From an uncultured Candidatus Peribacteria bacterium (lineage in GTDB: Bacteria > Patescibacteriota > Gracilibacteria > UBA4473): a stretch of 41,721 nt of DNA. The DNA lies in the NCBI GenBank assembly GCA_964592695.1, contig CAZQFO010000002.1, forward strand, positions 1-41,721. The letters run 5' to 3'. Below, one piece after another: positions 20,116 to 28,861 of this stretch. Made by a program: the position numbers and the translations under genes. Within the stretch, counting starts at the first letter, position 1, and every line of letters begins with the position of its first letter. The notes beneath the pieces were generated by a model that ran no database searches, had not been told where the DNA came from, and saw nothing but the letters and a program-made list of their open reading frames with translations.

Positions 20116-20153
20116 ATTGTATCATGTATACACAAATAAATCAAGAAAGTCAA
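20116..20153 (-). promoter_or_regulatory. Overlapping sigma70-type promoters upstream of the 1629-aa gene
   Basis: Minus strand: TTGATT (20144-20139), 17 nt, then TGaTACAAT (-10 at 20121-20116). Alternatively TTGACT (20153-20148), 17 nt, then TATACA. The ~85-nt leader contains a small hairpin, ccgaagcagcatcgg. Confidence 0.5.
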
Positions 20154-20275
20154 TATTTTTAATGGTACCCCCCTTACACACGTCATCCTGAGGAGCTCTA
20201 ACAAAATAGAATAACAAATAGAAAATTACTTTTAATGAGCAATTCTCTTTCTAGCAGAAAATAATTTATCTGTTA

Positions 20276-20500
20276 TCAGAAAGGAGATTTGTATTTTAGA
20301 AGAAGTTCATTAAGCATTTCTTTTTTCATTTCATCGTCAGACAAGATCCCATTATAAGGAATGTCTTCTTCAGAGAGACTACCAAGTTCCTCCTCTAACT
20401 TTTCTCCTAAAGCCCTTTGTAATAGCTGAATTTCTTGAAGAGTTAGAAGCCTACCCAAATCTGCACTTGTCACAATTGCACCGCCTCTTAACTCTTCCAT
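20276..20500 (-). CDS. Small hypothetical acidic protein (74 aa)
   Basis: ORF between the 731-aa and 1629-aa genes on the same strand, with no known motif. Coding status is uncertain. Confidence 0.4.
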   Translation of the reverse strand: MEELRGGAIVTSADLGRLLTLQEIQLLQRALGEKLEEELGSLSEEDIPYNGILSDDEMKKEMLNELLLKYKSPF

Positions 20501-20813
20501 TTTAAAAGATTGATTAGATAATATTTATAATTTTTCGGTTCTTTCTCTTTGAGATTAAGTCTATTCAGCACAAACCTAATGGATTTATTTTTTGGCGCTT
20601 CATCAGTCTTCGCTCTACGAGCTTCGACCGACAGGCGAGGGCGACCGTCGGGAGCCTTCAGGAAAAGCGCCTTTATCGCAAATATAAACCATAATAGTTA
20701 CTACTTCTTTGCAGATGCGATGATAGTACATATTTCTATTGTGCTTGCTGAATACGAAATTAATAAACTGCATAAATACTCATCACACATGAGGTGGCCA
20801 GCTTATCAATCTC

Positions 20814-23009
20814 TTATGAATTACCGACTTTTGCCTCTCTAGGAATAAACTGATCATAGAAGTTCATCCATCTTCTTACATTTTCTCTAAATTCCAAATC
20901 AGGGATTGTTTTTCCTTTTTCCGTTTTGCACTGATTGCTAAAGGAGTTCAGCCATCTTCTTACTTTTTCTCCAAATTTCAATTTAGTAGGGATTGTTTTT
21001 CCTTTTTCTGTTTTGCACTGCCTGTTTACGAATTCAACTCCTCTCTCCCGTGTGGAAAGAAATCTTTCTTCATAATCATCCTTCCCCCATTTTGATACAT
21101 ATTCAGCTCTTTCTGGGAACCTTCCTTCTATATCTTTCATACAGATTGCCAACGCCCAATCAGAATCCATGGAATCTTTTTCTCGTTCAGACAATCCATA
21201 GGTACTCGACATACGCTTAAGTTTTTCTTTTGTATCAAAGGCTGTTGTCAAGTCTACTGGCTCTATCATTTCTGCACTTCTATATATCTTTCGCCCTTCA
21301 AAAATGATGTTAGCTACAACAGCATTAGCCCAGTAGACGTTAACATTACACTCTCTTATCATTTCTCGTAATCGTTCATATTCCGATATAAACTCCGAAG
21401 GAGCTGCGATATTCGCTACTTCAACCTCTAGACTTTCTTTAACATTTTTTGTTATCAGCTCTACACATCTATCCCTAAGAACTCCTTTTCCATGACTGTC
21501 CAAATTCTCAAAGACCTCATAAACTTGTTCCATCGATTCAGCTAGTCTTTTTTTGTCTTCCTCTCTGTTCATGTCGATGGGCTCCCTAAACAATCTTTCA
21601 ACAAATTTTGATAAATGTTCCATGATGATCGGTTGAAGATGTCTTTTTTCAGTAGATGTATTTGGATCTCCTAAGAACTCCAACAGTCCTGCTGCATTGA
21701 GGATTGCAATTTCTTGAGTTGGATCGTTTGTTATTTGTTCTACAATCTCTTCTACATTATTTGATGTCATTCCAGCTTTAGATAAGTTGGTTCTGATTTC
21801 TTCTATTAGTACTACTTTGTCTTCCTCAACTTCATGATCACGTAATATTTCCAAAACCAATATTGCAGCTATTAAGCTTTCTTTTTCTTGGCCTTCTTTT
21901 GTGCTTGCTTCTTCTCCAATAAGCGTATCCAACGCTTTTCCAGACAATCCCAAACTTCTTGTTATTTTTTTAATATCTTTTCTAAAATAATAAGGCCGTG
22001 AAGTTTTTTTGATTACTTCTTTTTTCAGATCACAAAACATTCGTCTTGCCGTCAACAATTGAGCCTTTTCTTCAAGTAAATCGAAGTCTTCCCTTGCTTC
22101 TTTGGCTTCTGTAGTATCTCCTGATTGTTCTAAATGAAATCGTACTTTTTCAATGTGTTCAGGACATAACATATAATCATGATCTTTTTTTTCGTCTGGT
22201 ATTCTTCCTCCTAAGGGAATTGCTCTCTCAATGAAGTCTAATTGTTTTTTTGCTTCTTGGAGATGAGAACCTTGTTTTATTTCTTCAAATTGATCTGCGG
22301 TAATGTCTAAAGCCTCTATCCCTACTCCCGCATGATTAATATTTTTTGTGATTTCATCATAAGTTCCACCTGTAATATCGTCAAAATATAATCCACCTAG
22401 TTCTCTGCTCATTCCTGCAAATTCTTGACCTTCAAGAAATCCAGTATCTCCAAAAGTTAGTCCTATTCCTTCTGCTCCATTTCTGAGAACATCCAAATAG
22501 CCATTAGCTACGGAAATATAGGCCTTTCTTTCGATTCCTCTTAACCCTTTTTCATTAACGCCTAATGTCTCAACAACTGCTCCAGCCTCCTTCAATTCCT
22601 TCCTTATTTTTTCAGATAATTCCTTTATGCTTTTTTCTCCTTGTATCCTGTCAGTATTTATTCCGTGAGGATGATTAATAATACTCCTTAAAACTTCTAG
22701 CGATTCAGCAGCCTCGAAAATTATGAAGACTTCATTTTCACTATGCCCTAAAAGTCTAGAAGCAACTTCATAGAGTTTTCGAGAGTTTGAATAATTTTGA
22801 TAACCAATAGGACCTGTCATACTTGGTTTTTTTCCTTTTCTTCCTCGTTTTGCTTTTTTATTGGCATGCATAACTACCTCAAGGGCTCTCCTCCTGTATA
22901 GGAAATCGGTAGATTTAAACCTTTTCAACCCTTCTCCGTCACTGAGAAGGCCTTCCTCTTGTATCTTCTGAATAAGCTCTGCATTTGTTGTGAAAAATTC
23001 TTGTTTCAT
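20814..23009 (-). CDS. Hypothetical protein (731 aa) with a C-terminal tandem repeat
   Basis: Long clean ORF. Basic patch KKAKRGRKGKKPS near the N-terminus. The C-terminus carries two copies of QCKTEKGKTIP...VRRW[LM]N, encoded by a tandem DNA repeat. No recognisable catalytic domain. Confidence 0.8.
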   Translation of the reverse strand: MKQEFFTTNAELIQKIQEEGLLSDGEGLKRFKSTDFLYRRRALEVVMHANKKAKRGRKGKKPSMTGPIGYQNYSNSRKLYEVASRLLGHSENEVFIIFEAAESLEVLRSIINHPHGINTDRIQGEKSIKELSEKIRKELKEAGAVVETLGVNEKGLRGIERKAYISVANGYLDVLRNGAEGIGLTFGDTGFLEGQEFAGMSRELGGLYFDDITGGTYDEITKNINHAGVGIEALDITADQFEEIKQGSHLQEAKKQLDFIERAIPLGGRIPDEKKDHDYMLCPEHIEKVRFHLEQSGDTTEAKEAREDFDLLEEKAQLLTARRMFCDLKKEVIKKTSRPYYFRKDIKKITRSLGLSGKALDTLIGEEASTKEGQEKESLIAAILVLEILRDHEVEEDKVVLIEEIRTNLSKAGMTSNNVEEIVEQITNDPTQEIAILNAAGLLEFLGDPNTSTEKRHLQPIIMEHLSKFVERLFREPIDMNREEDKKRLAESMEQVYEVFENLDSHGKGVLRDRCVELITKNVKESLEVEVANIAAPSEFISEYERLREMIRECNVNVYWANAVVANIIFEGRKIYRSAEMIEPVDLTTAFDTKEKLKRMSSTYGLSEREKDSMDSDWALAICMKDIEGRFPERAEYVSKWGKDDYEERFLSTRERGVEFVNRQCKTEKGKTIPTKLKFGEKVRRWLNSFSNQCKTEKGKTIPDLEFRENVRRWMNFYDQFIPREAKVGNS
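20862..21020. repeat. Tandem duplication of about 85 bp inside the 3' end of the 731-aa gene
   Basis: The block gttca.ccatcttcttac.ttttctc.aaatt...gggattgtttttcctttttc.gttttgcactg occurs at 20862-20933 and again at 20946-21020. Confidence 0.8.
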
Positions 23010-23344
23010 TTTTAAAATATTTTAAAGAAATAATGAACTACGAAACCCATATATCTTATTTTTTTTATTATGTCAAACTAAAAGTTCTGATTTTTCCAAA
23101 AACTCATGAGGCATAACCATAACAAAGCTGATTAAATGAACGATAAAAGGGCATAAAGTCAAAATCAAAAAAAGTGCATTTTTCTAGAAATATTTTTAGA
23201 GAACTAAATGTGAGCTTTGGAATTTCCCGTGGTTTTTGTGATAAAACTCAATAAAAGTCTTCAATAGTTTTTTGATAAACAGCTAAAAACCAAGACCTGT
23301 CGTCCTTGCTTTTTGGTAATGTCAGAAAAATTGTTTTTCTACGG

Positions 23345-23745
23345 TAATTTTAATAAAGGGCCCCTCCTGGCATGAACAAGCCAGGAGGGTGAAGGACAGA
23401 TCACCAGATCGAATTAAGGAAATCCATCCTCGGCTCTGGGACGAATCCATTTCTGATTCGCATTGGATGTTGGTTCACAATGCTAAACCAGCGCGGTCAT
23501 CGTTGCCGGATAGTGAACCAGACACAATTTCACAGGTCCCTACCCCCCCACTGGTCAGCCCGGTATTATTTTTCATGCTCCAGGAGCCCCAATTGCTATT
23601 TTGGGATGTACTACCCCCATAAAAAGGTGCTGGCATGACTTTCCTCCTTCAACTAAAGAAATATTCAAGGCTCTCCTCTCCATGAGTAAGAGCGAAAAAA
23701 CTTCAATTATACATGAAGTCTTATCGCTCCTACTCAGTTAATCTA
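23345..23745 (-). ncRNA. rnpB: RNase P RNA (bacterial type); boundaries approximate
   Basis: Minus strand carries the universal P4 5' strand GGAGGAAAGUC (23647-23637), preceded by a P3-like hairpin (23735-23684). It also has GACCAGUG, a G-rich GGGGGGGUAGGG block, and CCUGGCUUG as a candidate P4 3' strand near 23375. The region is a GC-rich island in AT-rich DNA. The plus-strand ORF 23389-23622 is therefore spurious. Confidence 0.7.
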
Positions 23746-23949
23746 AAAAGATTATGAGATAGATTTTAATTCGATGTGGCAAAGATCTGTAGATCGTTGT
23801 TGCCGGAAACTCAGATGATTCTGGTTTTTGAGCAAACAAAGACCTACGTGTTAGTTTATTTGGAATTTTAGAAATTGCAATTTTTTTTGTATTTGTATCT
23901 TTTTATTATCCTTTTTTAGAAAATTTATAAATAGTTTTTATAAATAATT

Positions 23950-23978
23950 TTGACATTCAAATTTGAAAAATTTAGATT
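23950..23978 (+). promoter_or_regulatory. Sigma70-type promoter placing the TSS at or next to the start of the 125-aa ORF
   Basis: TTGACA (23950-23955), 17-nt spacer, TAGATT (23973-23978). GTG 23985 is only 6 nt further on, and an alternative ATG lies at 24009. Confidence 0.45.
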
Positions 23979-23984
23979 TAATTC

Positions 23985-24362
23985 GTGACTGATCAAGAAT
24001 TTCAAAAAATGGTTTTGGAGCAATTTCAAGTGTTTTCTAAGACATTGGGCACTATTGCTGAAAAAGTTGACACTCTTACAGGTAGAGTAGATACGCTTAC
24101 AAGTAGGGTGGATATGCTTTCGAAAGAACAAAAAATGCTTTCTAAAAATCAACAGTTGCTTTTTGTAGAGCAGAAAACTTTTAAAGAAGAGCAAATGGCA
24201 TGGAACAAAAAGCAAGATAAATTTAACGACCAATTATTTAGTATTATCGAAGATAATGTACTAGAAAAGCTTGGTTTCTTTTCAGATAATAATCAGATGT
24301 ATACAGATAAAAAGATTGTAAAACACGAGGAAAATTATCAGTATACTCCTACTTTTGCATAG
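23985..24362 (+). CDS. Hypothetical coiled-coil protein (125 aa)
   Basis: Heptad-like repeat KVDTLTGRVDTLTSRVDMLSKEQKMLSKNQ. Ends 11 nt before hflX, so it may be co-transcribed. Confidence 0.5.
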   Translation: MTDQEFQKMVLEQFQVFSKTLGTIAEKVDTLTGRVDTLTSRVDMLSKEQKMLSKNQQLLFVEQKTFKEEQMAWNKKQDKFNDQLFSIIEDNVLEKLGFFSDNNQMYTDKKIVKHEENYQYTPTFA

Positions 24363-24373
24363 TACCCATTGTA

Positions 24374-25492
24374 ATGCTATCAGATAAAACAAAGCTTCTC
24401 AAAACCCTCATCCTCGATATCATCGACAAGGATGCTGATCGTCGAATGGCTGAAGAAAATTTGACCGAACTGCAAGCCCTTATCGATGCAGTGGGTGGGA
24501 TCGTTGTGGAAAAAATTATTCAGAAACGTGGACGCCCATCCGCCAAGACTTTTTTAGGATCTGGAAAAATCAGAGAAGCAGCTAATTTTGCAAAAGAAGA
24601 AAACATTGAGCTGATCATACTCAATGGCATGCTCAAACCAAATCAGTACCTGCATCTGCAAAAAGTATTTCCCAAAATGAAACTGTGGGATCGAGTGGAT
24701 TTGATTTTAAATATTTTTGATAAACATGCTACCTCTAGCTTAGCTCAAACACAAATCAAACTGGCTCGTATGAAACACGAAATTCCTAAAATCTATGCTC
24801 GTCAAGCGACTACTCTTTTTGAAAGAGCTGGTGCTGGAATTGGAACTCGTGGAGCCGGAGAAAGAGGAATAGAAGAGGAGAAGAGGCATATCCGTCGACA
24901 GATTAAACAGCTAGAAGACCAACTATCTCTAGCGCAAACCAAACAAGGACAACAGAGAAAACGTAGAAAGCGAACAGGAATGATTACAGCTACATTAGTA
25001 GGATATACAAATGCGGGCAAATCTTCACTCATGAGACATTTAACTAAAAAAAAGGGGATAATCTCGAACAATGCATTATTCACGACTCTGGAGACAAAAT
25101 TAGGACGATGCTGGAATTCTGTTTTGCAACAGGAAATTTTGATAGCCGATACCATTGGATTTATCCGAGATTTGCCACCATCATTGATTTCTTCATTTCT
25201 TGCGACTTTAGAAGAGGCAAAAAAATCAGATATTTTAGTACATGTGATTGATGTGAGCGATCCCAAGTTTTATGAAAAAATTAAGGTTGTAGAGGAAATA
25301 TTAAAACAAATTGGATGTGAAAATATCCCACGAATATATGTTTTCAATAAAATTGATCAGAAAAAAAGAGTCCCCATCAAAACTATAAATCGAAGGTTTA
25401 AGAAGTTTTTTCCGGTATTTATATCCTGCGTAAAAAAAGAAGGAATAGAGGATTTAAAAACACAGATTGGAAGCTTGATAAATTTTCTCTAA
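24374..25492 (+). CDS. hflX: GTPase HflX
   Basis: HflX N-domain (GSGK...EL), then GAGERGIEEEKRHIRRQI, G1 VGYTNAGKSSL, G3 DTIGFI, G4 NKID. Confidence 0.93.
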   Translation: MLSDKTKLLKTLILDIIDKDADRRMAEENLTELQALIDAVGGIVVEKIIQKRGRPSAKTFLGSGKIREAANFAKEENIELIILNGMLKPNQYLHLQKVFPKMKLWDRVDLILNIFDKHATSSLAQTQIKLARMKHEIPKIYARQATTLFERAGAGIGTRGAGERGIEEEKRHIRRQIKQLEDQLSLAQTKQGQQRKRRKRTGMITATLVGYTNAGKSSLMRHLTKKKGIISNNALFTTLETKLGRCWNSVLQQEILIADTIGFIRDLPPSLISSFLATLEEAKKSDILVHVIDVSDPKFYEKIKVVEEILKQIGCENIPRIYVFNKIDQKKRVPIKTINRRFKKFFPVFISCVKKEGIEDLKTQIGSLINFL

Positions 25493-26023
25493 AAAAAACT
25501 TTACAAAATATTTCACCCGATTATACATCTTTTGCGCACAAGCGTTGTTCTTTTACGTTTCGTTAACAAAGAGCCATCTGTTCTTTCTTTGTGGAAAAAA
25601 TGTTCATGAATTTGTGAATCATTTCTTCTCTGTCTTACGAGAACAGGTTCTCTCTTTGTTAAGTTCGATTAAAATTCATCTGGTATTTGTTCGGCTTTGA
25701 AAATTTGAAAAGAATTATTTTCTTTTTAGTTTTTCTTAGCCGAAATACCACCATCATTACTGAATAGGGAGATCGTCCGATGTTAACGCCACCAATAGTC
25801 ACCTGCAATTTCATGCTTACTTGCTACGCAGCCATTCTCATGGGGCTTCCGGTTACCTCGCGATGCAAAAATGCATTGGAGAAAGAGAGGATTTCAGACC
25901 CAGAAAAGGCCCGTGAAGCTGCGCAGGAAGAGTACTACATGCGAGAAGATGATGCCGAGGCTCCATGGATGAATTATCAAATTCGGCGTCCAATCGAAAC
26001 TTGACAACCGAGAGAATTTCCAA

Positions 26024-26060
26024 AACGGACCGCCACCTTTTGTGTGGCGAGTCCGTTTTT
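26024..26060 (+). terminator. Strong rho-independent terminator closing the GC-rich island
   Basis: aacggaccgccac-cttttgt-gtggcgagtccgtt hairpin (13-bp stem with one bulge) running into TTTTT (26056-26060). Confidence 0.8.
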
Positions 26061-26148
26061 AATCGTAAGAAAAATTCACCACAAAACCTGATCTCTGCAG
26101 GATTACAAGAGGATTCTTTTTTATTTTCACAAAATGGGATTCTCATTA

Positions 26149-27291
26149 TTACAGCTCAGCAATAAACTCATCAAACAAATATTCCGCATCCTCTGGACCA
26201 GCACATGCTTCTGGGTGAAATTGGACTGAAAATATTGGTTTGGATTTATGTCGAATTCCTTCTACTGATCCGTCATTTAAGTTTTTGAACCAGACTTCAA
26301 AATCAGAAGGTAAGGATTTGGCATCAACTTCGTATCCATGATTTTGTGTAGTGATCAAACAACGCCCTGCATTTATTTTTAATTCTTAATTTTTCATTTT
26401 CAATTCGATAACTGGCTGATTTACCCCCCGATGTCCATATTTCATCTTTTTGGTTTTTCCTCCTGCTGCTAATGAGAGGATTTGATTTCCCAAACAAATT
26501 CCAAATATTGGAATATTCTTCTCTAGTGCTTGCTTTGTAATCTCAATAGTTTCAGTTACTTTTTCTGGATCTCCGGGACCATTGGAAATAAACAGTCCAT
26601 CAATCCCTCGACTGAGTTCAGGACAGGATTTTTTATCTAAATCAAATGGCGATTGATTAAACGGTAATCGAATAATTCGAATCCCTCGATTCAAAAAATT
26701 TCTAAAGATTCCGTTTTTAGCTCCACAGTCTAGGAACACAATAGTTTTATTTATTTTTCCTGTAGAGGCGCCCAAACTGGGTGACTCTACAGGATTTAAG
26801 ATTTCTATTTTTTTAGGAGAAACCTCAGGAACAAATCGACCATTGAGTGGATCTTCAAAAACTTTAGGTTTTGTATCATTTATAGCTCCCAGGATCGTCC
26901 CGTGTTCTCGTAATTCTTGGGTTAGTTCTCTCGTATCGACACCAGATATGGCAGGAATGCCTTCCTCTTTTAACCAGTTGGCAAACTGTTGGATGGAATT
27001 TTCATGAGAATGTTTTATGGCATCTTCAGTAAGTATAACTCCTCTTGCCCAGATGCGATTACTTTCGTACATTTCGTCTATACCTTTAACCAATTCTTTT
27101 TTATCAAATACTCCGTAATTTCCGATCAGTGGGAATGTAAAAACAATGATCTGTCCAAAATAACTCGGATCCGTCAGTGTTTCTAGATATCCGGTCATGC
27201 CGGTAGTAAAAACAACCTCTCCTTCAGTGGTTTTATTTGCTCCAAATGAATGTCCTTCGTATGATTTTTCGTTTGCTAGGTAGAGTTTCAT
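26149..27291 (-). pseudogene. carA: Carbamoyl-phosphate synthase small (glutaminase) subunit, interrupted by an in-frame TAA
   Basis: The 301-aa and 69-aa ORFs are in the same frame, separated by a TAA at 26388-26386. N-terminal CarA domain, catalytic GICLGNQ, YGHRGVNQP, then [11 protein letters not shown] and FHPEA after the stop. No carB is present in the window. Confidence 0.85.
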
Positions 27292-27312
27292 TGGTTAGTT
27301 TATACTTAATTA

Positions 27313-27924
27313 TTAGTAGACATCAATTAATTCTGGGAAATTTAATGAAGTGTAATGCCAATCCTCTGAAAGCCTATGTTTTATGAAGTTGTATGCAGTA
27401 TATCCGTGGTGTTCAATAAGATCTTTTTCGTTTCTGATGATGTGATCGTGGAAAGATTTTTGCCATTTGAATTTTTTAAAAGAAGAAACTGATTCATATT
27501 TTTTATGAAATAATCTGTGAAACTGTTCAACTTGTTTATCAAATTTTTCTAACAACTTTCGTTCCTGCCAGAAAGCGCGGTCTGCAGATCGCGCTTTCTC
27601 ATCGAGGTTGTATCTTTTGATAGAAAAATCATCTAACATAACTCTATTCGCATTTCTAGAAAAATTTGTTTTTAAAGATCTCATAATTTCAGATAAATCC
27701 TTACCATTTTCCACTTTCAAAACCATATGAAAGTGGTCATAGCACAAACAAAAAGAATTAATCTCAAATGATTTTAGTTTTTTGCACAATATCAACTCCT
27801 CAATCCATAAATCACAAAATATTGGTTCTTTAAAAAATAGAGATTTATCCTGAGTATTCACTGTCACGAAATAGGGATACTCATGCTGATAAATCCTCTT
27901 TTGAGAGTTTTTGTACACCATCAT
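27313..27924 (-). CDS. Y1 HUH transposase-like protein (IS200/RayT-like, COG1943-type), apparently without IS ends
   Basis: HUH motif in YDHFHMVLKV. C-terminal YTAYNFIKHRL...WHYTSL resembles the catalytic-Tyr region of RayT-like proteins. Only 21 nt and 4 nt separate it from its neighbours. Confidence 0.65.
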   Translation of the reverse strand: MMVYKNSQKRIYQHEYPYFVTVNTQDKSLFFKEPIFCDLWIEELILCKKLKSFEINSFCLCYDHFHMVLKVENGKDLSEIMRSLKTNFSRNANRVMLDDFSIKRYNLDEKARSADRAFWQERKLLEKFDKQVEQFHRLFHKKYESVSSFKKFKWQKSFHDHIIRNEKDLIEHHGYTAYNFIKHRLSEDWHYTSLNFPELIDVY

Positions 27925-27928
27925 AAGT

Positions 27929-28861
27929 TTACGGCTGTAGATTTATCAATGGAATAGCTGAACTCTCTGCTCCGAAATAAGTCGATGGATAAGCTCCATT
28001 CCATTTACCAATAGCATTTTTAGCATTTTCTAGTCGTTTATAATCCAAGACATTCTCCGTTATCTCCTGTTGGATGAGCTTATTATATTCAGCGATTCCT
28101 TCTCCTTCTAGTATTTTTGCTTGTTTATCGGCTTCTGCTTCTTTGATTTTTTGTTGCACTCGAATTTCTTTTTGTTGAAGAATGTATTCTTCTTTTTGAG
28201 CCTTTTGTTCTTCTATTTGTTTTTGCTCAATAGCAGCCTTAAACTGATCATTGAAATCAAAATTGGTAAGACTCACATCTTCTAGAACAATATTATCTAT
28301 CGCCAATGTATTCTTCAAATCTTCAAACACTTTGTTTTTAATTTCTTCTCGCTTGGTCAGAATATCGGCCACTTTGTACTTTGCAGTAAATGTTTTAACC
28401 GAATCAATCGCTCGAGGAATAACCTTTTTGTTTTCGTAATCAGTCCCCACCTCTTGATATAGTTTTGATACGGATCCCGGCTCTAAATGATAGGTTACAA
28501 CTGCATCTACATATACATCTTGCAGATCAGAACTAGCCGCAAACATTGATCCATAGGTCTGAGCTCGTGAAGAAAAAGACATAGATTTGTTGTACGAAAG
28601 TTGTTTGTTACTTTCGCTTGAAAATATTATCTTTTGAGTTCTGATCGGAATTTGCACTACAGATTGAAAAAACGGAATTCGAAAATGAAGCCCCTCCATC
28701 ATCGTTTCGGATTGCACACCTCCTCGTAATTTATCAAAAACCACCCCTCGATGTCCTGCTTCAATATTTACGAAGGGATTCACAGAAAAGAAAGCAATAA
28801 TCGCAACGATAATTACTACTGTCCACTTAGTAGTGGTGAAAACGGATTGAAGACTGGTCAT
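27929..28861 (-). CDS. SPFH/Band-7 (prohibitin-like) membrane protein
   Basis: N-terminal TM segment, then GHRGVVFDKLRGGV...EGLHFRIPFFQ and a C-terminal coiled-coil QKQIEEQKAQKEE. Confidence 0.85.
   Translation of the reverse strand: MTSLQSVFTTTKWTVVIIVAIIAFFSVNPFVNIEAGHRGVVFDKLRGGVQSETMMEGLHFRIPFFQSVVQIPIRTQKIIFSSESNKQLSYNKSMSFSSRAQTYGSMFAASSDLQDVYVDAVVTYHLEPGSVSKLYQEVGTDYENKKVIPRAIDSVKTFTAKYKVADILTKREEIKNKVFEDLKNTLAIDNIVLEDVSLTNFDFNDQFKAAIEQKQIEEQKAQKEEYILQQKEIRVQQKIKEAEADKQAKILEGEGIAEYNKLIQQEITENVLDYKRLENAKNAIGKWNGAYPSTYFGAESSAIPLINLQP

Noticed and set aside
20594-20671. tRNA gene (78 nt with a 7-bp closing stem)
   Set aside because: No D-arm, anticodon arm or T-arm/T-loop can be formed on either strand. 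It is kept only as an unclassified structured element.
20549-20842. 97-aa plus-strand ORF between the ORFan genes
   Set aside because: It starts in spacer, runs through the GC-rich element and overlaps the 3' end of the 731-aa gene. The composition looks non-coding.
23389-23622. 77-aa plus-strand ORF
   Set aside because: It lies entirely inside the minus-strand RNase P RNA, and its openness is explained by local GC richness.
25740-26065. tmRNA (two CCACCA strings at 25748-25753 and 25789-25794, plus a GGGGCUUCCGG string), SRP RNA or 6S RNA
   Set aside because: There is no GGUUCGA-type T-arm next to either CCACCA and no 5'/3' acceptor pairing. No alanine-rich tag ORF is present, and there is no GGAA-tetraloop helix-8 motif. 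The 5' and 3' ends are not complementary as they would be in 6S RNA.
25853-26146. 97-aa minus-strand ORF downstream of carA as a possible carB remnant
   Set aside because: The translation bears no resemblance to the CarB N-terminus (ATP-grasp, GPIVIGQACEFDYSG). It overlaps the GC-rich island and the terminator.
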